Shown: positions 22,283 through 33,500 of the stretch, in pieces
How the letters are laid out: the number at the start of each line of letters is the position of its first letter
How positions within the stretch are numbered: position 1 is the stretch's first letter
DNA from: Candidatus Kapaibacterium sp.
GTDB taxonomy: Bacteria > Bacteroidota > Ignavibacteria > Kapaibacteriales > UBA2268
Reading direction: 5' to 3'
Assembly: GCA_963664875.1 (NCBI GenBank)
Contig: OY761611.1
Coordinates: 672,001 to 736,000 of the forward strand
Length of the DNA stretch: 64,000 nucleotides
Notes under the pieces: model-generated
What the model was told of the DNA's origin: nothing
The model's database searches: none
The model's input: only the letters and a program-made list of their open reading frames with translations
Position numbers and translations under genes: made by a program

Positions 22283-23443
22283 TTATTCTATAATATTTTT
22301 CGGAATATGTATTTTACATATAGTACCATTTTCTTCTTTAGAAGCTAAAGAGACTTCACCATCTAATAAATCAACACATTTTTTCACAATGTGCAAGCCT
22401 AAGCCGGCACCTGGAATCGAGCTCACATTTTTACCTCTTTTATAAGGTTCAAATATATTCGGAATGTCATTTTTGCTAATCCCAATTCCGGAATCTTCGA
22501 CTATAATAATGTAATGTGTTAGTATATTTCTAATTATTACCTTGATTTGGCTATTAACAGGAGAATATTTAAAAGCATTAGATAGTACATTAGCAATTGC
22601 CATTTTCAGAATCGTTTCGTTTCCATAGTAATAATCTGCGATACCCTCTGCATCGAAGTGTATTTTGTGTTTAGAGTTATCAGCTAATTTCATCTCATAA
22701 AGCATAGACCATATCAAATCTTTTATATCAATTTTAGCCTTTTGATTTGTGTAATCCTCGAAATCTAATTTGCTGATTTTTATCACATCGTCTAAGAGCT
22801 TCGCCATAAACTTTACAGAAGCTTTAATCCCAAAAAGAAACTTTTCCATTTCATTTTCTACGCCATTTTTGGCGTATAAATTTTGAATAATATCTGCTGA
22901 CGACTGTATTACAGTTAACGGATTGCGATATTCATAAGAAACCATCGAAAACAAACTGTCTTTTAGCGAATTTAGCTTCTCTTCCTGCTTTTTCTTTTGT
23001 TCTATCTGATAGTCTAAATCTCTGATTCTTTGATTTGCAATTTTTTTCTTTTTAACTCTTTGAATTGTTCTATCTAAAGTACTTTGGAACTCTTGAAAAT
23101 CTATTGGTTTAGAAAGATAGTCATAAGCTCCGTAATTCATTGCTTTTCTTACATTTGCCATTTCACTGTATGCAGTAAGCATTATTACGTCAAAATCAGG
23201 CATAGTGCCGTCTATTTTTGATAGTAATGTGATACCATCCATTACAGGCATATTGATATCTAAGACAATAACATCCAAATCTGTGTTCTTCGATACAATT
23301 TCCAAAGCTTCTTCGCCATTTGAAGCAAAGATTAGCTGATACTCTCCCGTTTTAACCTTATTCCTTAGCTTCAATTCCATAAGCCCTTTCAAGTCAGGCT
23401 CGTCATCGACAAGCAATATTTTTGTTATGTCTTTCATCATCAT
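22283..23443 (-). CDS. REC-HisKA-HATPase hybrid with Tyr replacing the phospho-acceptor His (pseudokinase candidate)
   Basis: Receiver LLVDDE/LDINMP/SKP; H box reads SYEYRNPL; [16 protein letters not shown] and GAGLGL are intact. Confidence 0.9.
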   Translation of the reverse strand: MMMKDITKILLVDDEPDLKGLMELKLRNKVKTGEYQLIFASNGEEALEIVSKNTDLDVIVLDINMPVMDGITLLSKIDGTMPDFDVIMLTAYSEMANVRKAMNYGAYDYLSKPIDFQEFQSTLDRTIQRVKKKKIANQRIRDLDYQIEQKKKQEEKLNSLKDSLFSMVSYEYRNPLTVIQSSADIIQNLYAKNGVENEMEKFLFGIKASVKFMAKLLDDVIKISKLDFEDYTNQKAKIDIKDLIWSMLYEMKLADNSKHKIHFDAEGIADYYYGNETILKMAIANVLSNAFKYSPVNSQIKVIIRNILTHYIIIVEDSGIGISKNDIPNIFEPYKRGKNVSSIPGAGLGLHIVKKCVDLLDGEVSLASKEENGTICKIHIPKNIIE

Positions 23444-23448
23444 TTAAG

Positions 23449-25836
23449 TTATGCTTTAGGTAATTTTATAATAAATTCTGTATAATCATCTACCACGCTA
23501 TCTACTTCTATGGTACCTCCATGAGCCTGAATCACATCAAAACTTAGCGACAAGCCTAAGCCTGTACCTTCACCGGTAGGTTTTGTTGTGAAAAACGGAT
23601 TGAATATTTTGTCCAATTTGTCTTTTGGAATACCGGTTCCATTGTCTTTCAGTCTTATCTCAATATTATCTTCTACAGATTTGGTATTTATTTCAATTTT
23701 CGGTTTGAAAGTATCGTTTTCAGAAGTTTTCCTTTTCATCATTGCATAGCAAGCATTGTCGATTATATTAGTCACTACTCTGCTCAAATCTTGCTGGAAT
23801 ATAGGAATATCCACATTAGAATCTTCATGCAAATACTTAATCTCTGCATTAAAATCATTGTACTGAGTTCTAAATCCTTTGAATGACAGATTTGCATTTT
23901 CTTCGAGAAAAGCAGCTATGTTTGTTTTTTCTTTGTAACCCGCAGATTCTCTGGAATGATTCATCATCGATTTTACAATTTTGTCTATTCGGATACTGTT
24001 TTTTTGAATCGTATCAAGGTAAGTCATTATATCTTCTGCTATTTCATCAACTAATTCTTTGATAGAAGAAGGATTTTCCTGTGCATCGTTGATAAAATCC
24101 TGCCACAGCTCGACAGTGCCTTCTGCGTAATTTTTAATAAAATTGAGCGGATTTTTAATTTCATGTGCGACACCGGCAGTCAGCTGACCAAGAGAGGCCA
24201 TTTTTTCGGCTTGGATTAGTTGCTTTTGTGTTTTTTTCAAAACATCATTCGATTTTCTGATTTCTTCGTAGGATACTGCATTTTGTATTGCAATAGCAAT
24301 GTAAGATGCAAGATTTCGCAGCATTTCTATGTTGTAATCGCCAAAGGCATTTACCTTATTATTTTCTATTGCAAGTAGCCCAATGGTTTTACTGTTGTAT
24401 GAAATAGGCAGATAAAGACACGAATTGGTAGCCGGATTCATTAGCTCGATAGCATTGTCACTTATCAGACCGGAATACTTAGACAGGTCATTTATTTTTC
24501 TGTGGACATCATCGATAATAATCTCTTGTCCAAAAGTCAAACACATTACGTCTAAACGATTGCCCTGCTGCATTTTTATCTGATAATTTTGCTCTCTTTT
24601 GGAATTAGATATCACAAGGCGATAGTCAATTATCTCAGATATTTCATCGTAAAGACCGATTGCAAAAGTAGATGCCTCGGTTATCGAACCAAGATGTGTG
24701 TATAATTGATTAAAAATGCTATCGTATGTAATTGCAGTTGTGATTGATTTTCCAATTTCAGACAGTAAACTAATGTTTTTGATAGATAGCTTCAAATCCT
24801 CAGCAATCTTAGATAGTTCAGCATTTTTGTTTTCAACTTCTTTTTGCTGCGTCACTATTGTATCGTTTGATATTTTAATGTTATTTGCCATATCATTAAA
24901 CACAGATGCCAATCTTCCAACTTCGTCTTTTGTTTCCACCTTAACTTGAGTGTCGTATTTTCCATTAGCTATTTCAGTAGCTGCTTTTTGCAACTCTCGG
25001 ATTGGTTTGACAATAGTTCTTGCTATAAACATTGATAAGAATATACCAATTAACAAAGTAATACCGATTGCGGAATATTGGATTCTTTGGCTCTTTTCTG
25101 CTTTAACTTCCTGCTCGAGCACAATTTTATTCAAATCATCTTCAAGAGTATTTTCCATTTTGGTCAGCTTTACTTCGAGTTCCGATAAGCCTTTGAAAAC
25201 TATCACCAGTTGGCTGAAATTGTATTTATATGTATTCGCTAATTTTATAATGTCTTTGATTTTGCTATTTTTTTTATATTCTGCCTGAGAAATGAGGTCG
25301 TTCAATGCTGCATTCACCTTCTCAATATACTTCTCATGGCGACGCATTATATAATCTTTCTCGCTTCTTCTGGCTTGTAGCATATACATTAGAAGCTGAT
25401 AATCATTTAATGATTGGAGTATCTGCTCAATATCATGAACACTGCGTCTGAACTTCCCTTCTACTCCCGAATCTTCATTTATACCTCTTTTTATCATCAA
25501 ATCAGTATATTCGTCATAGAGTGATTTGTACTCTTTAACTTTGACAAGCAGTTCGCCTGCCATATCATCTTCTTTTTGAATAGTTTCGAGTATTGATACA
25601 ATTTTAGAATGCTTTTCTGCAAAGGAAGTATTTAATCCAAGATCTTTCTTTTTAGAAAACTCATGTCTGTTTTGATAATTCTTCAATAGCAAAGTTTCTA
25701 CCTTGCGATAGGTATCTCGTTGATTTTGAATATTAACTACGGTGAACCCTATTAATGCAACAACAATAAGTAAGACTTCCAACGATATTGCTAATATTAG
25801 CATTTTGCCGTACAAAGAATTACGTAACTTTTCCAA
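23449..25836 (-). CDS. Membrane sensor histidine kinase: helical periplasmic sensor, HAMP, GAF, NtrB-like kinase core
   Basis: Two TM helices; HAMP (PIRELQ...DEVGRLASVFNDM); GAF (LYLPI...GLLAIEN...NA); EKMASLGQLTAGVAHEIKNPLN; PFFTTKPTGEGTGLGL. TTG start supported by GGAG 7 nt upstream. Confidence 0.93.
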   Translation of the reverse strand: MEKLRNSLYGKMLILAISLEVLLIVVALIGFTVVNIQNQRDTYRKVETLLLKNYQNRHEFSKKKDLGLNTSFAEKHSKIVSILETIQKEDDMAGELLVKVKEYKSLYDEYTDLMIKRGINEDSGVEGKFRRSVHDIEQILQSLNDYQLLMYMLQARRSEKDYIMRRHEKYIEKVNAALNDLISQAEYKKNSKIKDIIKLANTYKYNFSQLVIVFKGLSELEVKLTKMENTLEDDLNKIVLEQEVKAEKSQRIQYSAIGITLLIGIFLSMFIARTIVKPIRELQKAATEIANGKYDTQVKVETKDEVGRLASVFNDMANNIKISNDTIVTQQKEVENKNAELSKIAEDLKLSIKNISLLSEIGKSITTAITYDSIFNQLYTHLGSITEASTFAIGLYDEISEIIDYRLVISNSKREQNYQIKMQQGNRLDVMCLTFGQEIIIDDVHRKINDLSKYSGLISDNAIELMNPATNSCLYLPISYNSKTIGLLAIENNKVNAFGDYNIEMLRNLASYIAIAIQNAVSYEEIRKSNDVLKKTQKQLIQAEKMASLGQLTAGVAHEIKNPLNFIKNYAEGTVELWQDFINDAQENPSSIKELVDEIAEDIMTYLDTIQKNSIRIDKIVKSMMNHSRESAGYKEKTNIAAFLEENANLSFKGFRTQYNDFNAEIKYLHEDSNVDIPIFQQDLSRVVTNIIDNACYAMMKRKTSENDTFKPKIEINTKSVEDNIEIRLKDNGTGIPKDKLDKIFNPFFTTKPTGEGTGLGLSLSFDVIQAHGGTIEVDSVVDDYTEFIIKLPKA

Positions 25837-26124
25837 CTAAAAACTCCGGGATTTGTGGGTATGCAATATTAGACATTTAGTGTTAAGTATAGATAAGGGT
25901 GATGTTAAGCATTGATAAAATTCATTTTTATATGGTGAATATCCTACATTTTTTACAACACTGTTTGATAATATCCAATTTGTCGATGTATCACAAACTC
26001 CATTAACCACATCGAAAGCCCTAAATGCCTGATTCCATGGGATAAACTGAATATACTTGCATTGTTTGGCTCAATTTTTTATTGATAGCTCCGATGTATA
26101 GTGTAACATAAGTATCCTTAACTA

Positions 26125-29100
26125 ATGAAATATATTATCTACATAATACTACTTTTTGTCTTAGTGATGGAAATGACCGGCACTCCACTATCCGGTGTCA
26201 TTTCTAAGAATATGACTTTGAAAAAAACTGACTCTCCTTTCGAGATTACTTCTGATTTGGTAATAAGTAAAAACTCGAATGTGACTATAGAAAAAGGAGT
26301 CAGATTAGTTATCAATCCTTCTATTAACATTACAGTACTTGGCAGTCTTACTGCATTAGGCAGCGAATCTGAAAACATTACTTTTACTTCCTCTTCTTCT
26401 CAGAACTGGGGAAGTATCATATTTTATGCTGCTTCGGATCAAGATACTTCTCGATTGGAACATGTTTCCTTTCAAAATGGCGGCAGTGCCTACCACCCAC
26501 CATTGATGCTGAAAACTGAAATAGTACCTATCGTAAGCAATATAAACTTTACAAATTGTTCTTTTGATGGTATGGAGTTAGCTCCTTTCGACTTTGTAAA
26601 TATGAAATTGGACAACACTGAAATTAAGCATCTGATACTTAATGATTATATCATTCCATCTGCTTCAGTGCTCAAAATTGAGCAAGGAGTAGAAATTGCA
26701 ATTGCTAATAATATTGATATTGTATGTAAAGGAAGTATAATTGCAAGCGGAAGTTTTTCAAAGCCAATTACTTTCACAAAACTCGATGTAGCAAATTGGG
26801 GTGGCATTTCAATAGAGTCTGCTCTTCTGGAACAATCTGTATTTTCTTTTTGCAATTTATCCTATTTCGGCAATTCTCAATATTCGTCTTATGGCGGGAT
26901 AACAATCGTAAAAGGCTCTGCTTCTATCGAATACTCGTCCTTCCATGATTTCAACCGTTACGCTGTAATCATAAAGAAAGATGGTTTAGCCGACATTGGT
27001 TCAGGCTTTGCCGGCTCAAAAGGGTACAATATTTTCGGAGAACCTAAAACAAATGGGTCAATAATTGTTTCAAATTATTCTGCGAGCAATATTTCAGCAC
27101 GTTATAATTGCTGGGGTACTAATCTTTCGACAGAAATAGATAAAAAAATATTTGATCAGAAAGACAATGCAACTGTTGGGATAGTTGATTATTCTAATTA
27201 TTTAGATGATTGCACAATCTCTGCACCGGATACTCCTGTTTTGGAATTCCCTTTGAATTACTCAAGCGATATGCCTACTAATCTCAAATGTTCATGGTTT
27301 AATGTGCAATCCTCGGATATTTATCATTTCCAAATTTCTGATGACTCAACATTTTCTAATATCGTTAGCTTCAAAGATAATCTTGTAGATACTTTTGCAT
27401 TTGCAAGGAATTTAAAGAACGGAAAAAGATATTTTTGGAGAGCTAAATCAGTTAATTTTGCCGGTGAGAGTAACTGGAGCAATCATTACTCATTCAAAAC
27501 TTTTGACACTACAAAGCCGGAACCACCTCAGATCATTTATCCCAAAAACGGTGGGACTAATATCCCTACTCTTACTTCTGTCAGCTGGACTAAAATAGAA
27601 AATGCAGACAATTACATACTTGCATATTCTAAATATTCTGATTTCAGTAATCCTGAGTATGACACTACAACCAATAACTCTAAAGAAGTAAGTTTGAAAT
27701 TTGATACAAAATATTATATTAAGGTAAAATCCGGTAATTCCAACGGTTGGAGTGCATGGAGCCTTGAAAATAGCTTTACTACAGCTCCATTGTTCTCTTT
27801 TGAAAAAATAAATCTGCCTATCAGCGACGCACCAATCCAAATAGTGCCGTGTTCAATCAATAAGGATGCACTACAAGATATGGCAGTCAGAACAGCCAAT
27901 AAGTTTTATTTATTGCTGAGGAATTCAAATGGTTTTGCGGTTGGATTTCAAGCAGATATTTCTGACTCAGATTTTGACTTTGCAGATTATGACAGCGATG
28001 GTGACTTAGACTTTGTTTATATATCGACAAGCAAAAAAGCTACTTTAGTAAATAATCAGCCCGTAGCCTTTGAGCAAATAGAAACCGGAATAGAAGCTGA
28101 TGCAGATTTTGTGGTATTTTATGATTTCAATAATGATTTATATCAGGATATTATTGTTTTTGAAATCAAACAATTGTCTAATGTTAGACTATTCACAAAT
28201 ATCATTTCAGGATTTGTCCCTGCTTCTAATATTTTGCTTAATTCAAAAATTGACAAGATTTATAGAGATGACTATAACAATGATGGCTTGTCTGATTTAC
28301 TTTTACTCGATAATGCAAAAGCAAATATTGTCAATATAACAGACAGCAAAATTGAAGAATACTCAAGTTTTAATTTTCTGACAAAACCGCATAAAATTAT
28401 TTGTAGAGATATAGACCAGGACAGTTTTAAAGATATTATCAGTATTGAGTTTGACGGGAATATTTCCTGTATCTACAATTACAGCTACTCTAATGATTTT
28501 CAAAGAATGTCTCTTGATAAAAAAATTGGAATAAAAGATTTCGATTTGATAGACCTTTCGAATAATGGGTTTTATGATTTTATCTTTACTTATACTGATT
28601 CAATCGCAATAAAAGAATATGTAAATAATTCCTTTTTTGACTATTACGTTTTAACCGAAAAGAATGATATAAACTATGCCTCGCACATAAAATATGATAA
28701 TAGAAACAATGATTTTATTATATCTTCAAAGAATGAGTATTTCGTTTGTATAAATAATACAGATAGGATAAATCAAGTTCCTAATCCTCCTAATCAACTC
28801 GATTTCAGATTTACTTCTGACAACAAAATTGAACTAATTTGGAAGGGTGCAACTGACCTGGAGTCTTTCGCTTTAGGATACGAGATTTTCGTTTCTAACC
28901 AAACTGACACAATTACTTTTGCTGCATCAAATTATGATGCTTACTATTCAAAATCCAATAAATTCACCTTGGATAATATCAAATCAGGCAGTTACAAATG
29001 GCGAGTTAAAACTCATGACAATACCTTTTTATACTCGCAGCTTTCAGAAGAATCAAGTTTTATAACTCCTGATTTGGTATTACTTCCACCTTCTTCCTGG

Positions 29101-30555
29101 AACTTTGAAAAGCAAACCGGAGAACATTCTTTATTGGTAATTGAACCGAATTACATTCAAGATAACTTTAAATTAAATTCTTCTATGTTTATTGGTGTTT
29201 TTTACGTTAATGACACCTCGCTTAGCTGTGCTGGATTTGCTAAATACAATCCTGATAAAAGCATCGCGATTCCGATTTGGGGAGATAATTATATTACTTC
29301 TATGATAAAAGAAGGGTTCAATCAGAATGAACTTATAAGATTCAAAGTTTGGGACGGAATAAAAGGGCAAGAAGATTTCGTTATTGTTGAATTTGAAAAT
29401 CAGGATAATGTTTTCTTTCCGGATAAAATATATCAGGGAGAAACAGTAAATCAACCTGCAGAACTGCATATAGTAGGTAAAAAAAATCAAGTCCAATTTG
29501 TATCTACTAATATCGAACTTTGTGATCCTTTTGTATATAACTTGCCTGTTCAATCATTATTTCATGCAGATGGAACCAATACGAATAAGTCTTCGCTACT
29601 GAATCCGTTAGAACCATTTATTTATTTCTCAAAAAATGCAGAATTTAACACATTATTCGGACAAAACCTGAATCCTCTTAATTATAAAATACATATAAAT
29701 TCCGGCTGGAATCTTATCCCCTATTTGAAAGAGGATACTTCGTCAGTTGAGTCTGCTTTTGATTTCTATTCTGACAAAATCATTTGCGTAATTAGCGATG
29801 AAGGCAAGGCATGGATTCCGCAATTCGGGGTACATACTCTAAATTATTTAACCCCGGGGAAAGCGTATTTAGTAAATTCATTTGATAAATTTGATTTGTA
29901 TTATAATTCGACAATCGATAAAAATTATTCTCAAACCGACTTAGTAACTAATATCAAATATCTGCCTGAGTTTACTCATACTGGCAACTTTATGACATTG
30001 CTGATTGAATGTCCAAATGCATCTGAGCTTTCAGAAGTTGCAATTTTAGAAAACAATTCTGTTGTTGGGAGCGGTGTCTTTCAAAACGGATTCGCTATTG
30101 TTACTGTTTGGGGTGATAACATATTTACAGTTGAAACTGACGGTGCAACAGAAGATGCTAATCTAAAACTTGAGATATTTGACTCAGAAGCTCAGGAAAA
30201 TAAAACTATCCTATTGACAGGAATTTTAGACATTCTGAACTCAGAAAATGTTATGACAGATTTATTATATTCTAAAAATCACATCCTAAAAGTAAATCTG
30301 ATATATGATGATACATCTGTGAAAGATAATGATAAAGACTCACATGTTTATACTATAACAGAAGGTAAAATACACAGCAATCTTCCAATAGACAATTTTA
30401 CTGTTTATAATGTATTAGGACAGGTAATCGACAGTCAGCATACGACTTTAGAATCCTATATAGACTTAAGTAAATATCAGCAATATATTAGCTTTATTGT
30501 CTTTGAAATTGAAGGCACTACTTACAAAGAAAAAATTATTATAAATAAATACTAA
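26125..30555 (+). CDS. Large secreted protein: beta-helix-like N-terminus, FN3 domains, FG-GAP/VCBS repeats, two WGDN modules, probable T9SS CTD
   Basis: Signal peptide; YFWRAKSVN...SNWS FN3 motifs; DYDSDGDLD, DFNND and DYNNDGLSD repeats; C-terminal VYNVLGQ...KIIINKY. Confidence 0.78.
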   Translation: MKYIIYIILLFVLVMEMTGTPLSGVISKNMTLKKTDSPFEITSDLVISKNSNVTIEKGVRLVINPSINITVLGSLTALGSESENITFTSSSSQNWGSIIFYAASDQDTSRLEHVSFQNGGSAYHPPLMLKTEIVPIVSNINFTNCSFDGMELAPFDFVNMKLDNTEIKHLILNDYIIPSASVLKIEQGVEIAIANNIDIVCKGSIIASGSFSKPITFTKLDVANWGGISIESALLEQSVFSFCNLSYFGNSQYSSYGGITIVKGSASIEYSSFHDFNRYAVIIKKDGLADIGSGFAGSKGYNIFGEPKTNGSIIVSNYSASNISARYNCWGTNLSTEIDKKIFDQKDNATVGIVDYSNYLDDCTISAPDTPVLEFPLNYSSDMPTNLKCSWFNVQSSDIYHFQISDDSTFSNIVSFKDNLVDTFAFARNLKNGKRYFWRAKSVNFAGESNWSNHYSFKTFDTTKPEPPQIIYPKNGGTNIPTLTSVSWTKIENADNYILAYSKYSDFSNPEYDTTTNNSKEVSLKFDTKYYIKVKSGNSNGWSAWSLENSFTTAPLFSFEKINLPISDAPIQIVPCSINKDALQDMAVRTANKFYLLLRNSNGFAVGFQADISDSDFDFADYDSDGDLDFVYISTSKKATLVNNQPVAFEQIETGIEADADFVVFYDFNNDLYQDIIVFEIKQLSNVRLFTNIISGFVPASNILLNSKIDKIYRDDYNNDGLSDLLLLDNAKANIVNITDSKIEEYSSFNFLTKPHKIICRDIDQDSFKDIISIEFDGNISCIYNYSYSNDFQRMSLDKKIGIKDFDLIDLSNNGFYDFIFTYTDSIAIKEYVNNSFFDYYVLTEKNDINYASHIKYDNRNNDFIISSKNEYFVCINNTDRINQVPNPPNQLDFRFTSDNKIELIWKGATDLESFALGYEIFVSNQTDTITFAASNYDAYYSKSNKFTLDNIKSGSYKWRVKTHDNTFLYSQLSEESSFITPDLVLLPPSSWNFEKQTGEHSLLVIEPNYIQDNFKLNSSMFIGVFYVNDTSLSCAGFAKYNPDKSIAIPIWGDNYITSMIKEGFNQNELIRFKVWDGIKGQEDFVIVEFENQDNVFFPDKIYQGETVNQPAELHIVGKKNQVQFVSTNIELCDPFVYNLPVQSLFHADGTNTNKSSLLNPLEPFIYFSKNAEFNTLFGQNLNPLNYKIHINSGWNLIPYLKEDTSSVESAFDFYSDKIICVISDEGKAWIPQFGVHTLNYLTPGKAYLVNSFDKFDLYYNSTIDKNYSQTDLVTNIKYLPEFTHTGNFMTLLIECPNASELSEVAILENNSVVGSGVFQNGFAIVTVWGDNIFTVETDGATEDANLKLEIFDSEAQENKTILLTGILDILNSENVMTDLLYSKNHILKVNLIYDDTSVKDNDKDSHVYTITEGKIHSNLPIDNFTVYNVLGQVIDSQHTTLESYIDLSKYQQYISFIVFEIEGTTYKEKIIINKY

Positions 30556-30564
30556 GAGACGGCG

Positions 30565-33500
30565 ATGAAAAAAATAGTTGCTTCTTTCTTGATTTCCATT
30601 TTAATGCCCTTAGCGGCTATGGCGGGCTGGATAGATATGAATATCGGTACCAATACCATATATTCTGTCCAAGTGCTTCCGGGTAACCAAATTGGATTTG
30701 CTACAACCCTAAACGGTTATTATTACACAACTGATTATGGTGCAAATTGGCAGTTTACCCAAGTAGGTAATCCCAATACTACATATAAGTCAGTATTTTT
30801 CATTAATTCAGATTTGGGTTTTATTGTCGGAAGTAGTGGAAAGATTTATAAGACAATAAACGGTGGTGCTTCATGGAGCAATATTTCTCCAAATAATTTC
30901 AACAGCTATGAATGTATTAAATTTTATAATAATACTCACGGAATTCTTGTAGGCACGAGTGGGACTATTTTCAATACAACAGATGCAGGCAACAGCTGGC
31001 AAAACTCAGTAAGTCCAACTTCACAATGGCTAAAATCAGTTGCTTACTCTACAGATTCTAAAATATTTATTGTAGGTAATTCAGGAATTTTATTAAAATC
31101 TACCAATAGTGGAAACACTTGGACATCGATAAATTCCGGTACAACTGATAACTTGAATTCTATCCACTTCCCGAGTCAAAATGTTGCATACACTTGTGGT
31201 TGGAATGGAACTATTCTAAAAACTACTGATGGTGGCGACACTTGGTCAGCATTGCCAAAATTTACCAATGCTACATTGAAGTCGATTTATTTTACTTCGG
31301 ACTTGACAGGTGTTGCTGTTGGTGACAATGGTACAGTAATTTCAACAACTGATGGTGGAAATACTTGGAAGTCATTGAACTCAGGAGAAACAGATAATCT
31401 AACTTCCGTATTCTTTAGCTCTGCAACTAACGGATTTATTGTCGGCGAAAATGGTGCAGCTATAAAAACGGAAGACAATGGTTTGAACTCAGAGATGCAA
31501 CTTACTCTTACTTCTCACAATGACGGAAGCACAATCACATCTGATGCAACATCTAATATATCATGGTCAGGCATAAATATGGCAAATCAAAACATAGATT
31601 TGTTTTATTCTACGGATAATGGTACATCATGGATAAAAATCGCAACAACAGATTTTAATGATTCACCATATGCTTGGGATGTCCCTGATTTGGCAAGTAA
31701 TCAGATGCGTATAAAAATTCAACATTCCAAACATTTTGGTTTGAAAGATGTGTCAGATAATGCCTTTGAAGTTACAACAAACAAAATAAATATCACTTCA
31801 CCGGTTGCCGGAGAAAGATTTCAAATTGGTAAACCTCTGACTATAACTTGGAATAGCTACGATATTTCAAACATGAATTTAGAATATACAGTTGATGGTA
31901 TCACATGGACTTCTATCGCAAGTAATATTCCTGCCAATAGTGGTTTATACATTTGGAACAGTCCTTCTGAGATATCAGGCAACTACAAAATTAGAGCAAC
32001 TGAAGTAAGCAATGCACTAAACAAGTATGTAACAGAAGATTTTGTTGTTACCAATCTCTCAATACAAAATCCTGCAAACGGCATGAGTCTTAATCCGAAT
32101 TTTCCTCAGCCTGTTTCATGGTCTTCTAATCTAATTGAAACTGTAAGGATTGAATATTCGACAGACAGCACAAATTGGATGCTCGCAGGTACAACAGCAG
32201 CCTCTAATGCTTCATTTATATGGTCAACTCCGGACAACACTATGATTGTTTGGTTGCGATTGTCTGATGCTTCTTACCCCAACATTAATGATATTAATAA
32301 ATACGTAGTTAGTTCAACTCCAATTATTTCAGTCACAGAGCCGAATGGAGTAAAATCATATAAATTTGGAAGCAATATAAATATCTCTTGGGTATCTGCT
32401 TCTGTTTTAAATGTCAAGATTGAAGCTTCCTACGATAACGGACAAACATGGGCAACAATAGTCAATGCTATTAGTGCCTCCGTTTTAAATTATAATTGGA
32501 TGCCTACTCAATTATCAGCAAATGCACTAATCCGAGTTACAGATGTCGCCAATACTTCTCTTTTTGATATTTCTGACAATCCTTTTAAAATAGCAGATAT
32601 AACGATACTTTCACCCGGAGCAGGTCAAGATGTTCAGGCAGAAAGCACTGTTTCACTAAACTGGAGTGCAGCTAACGTCGAGAATGTTAAAATAGAATAC
32701 TCTTTAGACAACTGGAGCACATCTCAGGAAATCGTAAATCAAATAAGTGCTACTACCGGTACATACGCTTGGCAGGTACCAGATGTAAATACCAGTAACG
32801 CCAGGGTTAGAATCTCTGATACAGATCATCCTGCGATTACAAAAGAAGTTGTTTTCAATATTAAACAAAGTCTGAATTTGTCTCTTTTAGCACCTATTGG
32901 GAATGAACTTTTAAAATCCGGCAATCAGTTTCCTATTACATGGAATTCTAAAAATATTTCTGCACTTAAATTGGAATATTCTACTGACTCTGCGACTTCC
33001 TGGCATCTGATTGCTGATAATGTAAATGCAGATTCAAGCCCTTACTATTGGACTGTGCCTGATTTAAGTTCACAAAAGTGTTTAGTACGTATCTCACAAA
33101 CTACAGATCCTTCTGTGTATGCTATAAGTGCACACAACTTTGCAATAAGCAATGCAAAGTTAACCCTCCTATCTCCTAATGGTGCTGAACTTTGGTACGC
33201 AGGAGATAATAAGGAAATAGTTTGGAATTGCAAAGGGGTTATCAATGTTGGTCTTTCGTATCAAATACACCCGGACTCTAATTGGGTTGTTATAAGCAAT
33301 AGTGTAGCTGCAGAACCTACTATGAAGTTTAACTGGACAATACCGACAATACCTTCAAACTTTGTCAAAATCAAAATATTTGATACTCAAAATCCTCAAA
33401 TATTTGATGTCTCAGATGCAGTATTTACAGTTGCCGGAGTTCGACTGCTTAGTTTGAATGACGGAGAAAAACTCATATTTAGAGAAATGACCGAAATATC

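Noticed and set aside
25837-26124. Possible c-di-GMP or other riboswitch in the divergent spacer (tcgatgt...acatcga stem)
   Set aside because: Only a 7-bp stem. The GEMM core (GGCAAA...GAAA...GACGCAAA) and other riboswitch consensus motifs were not found.
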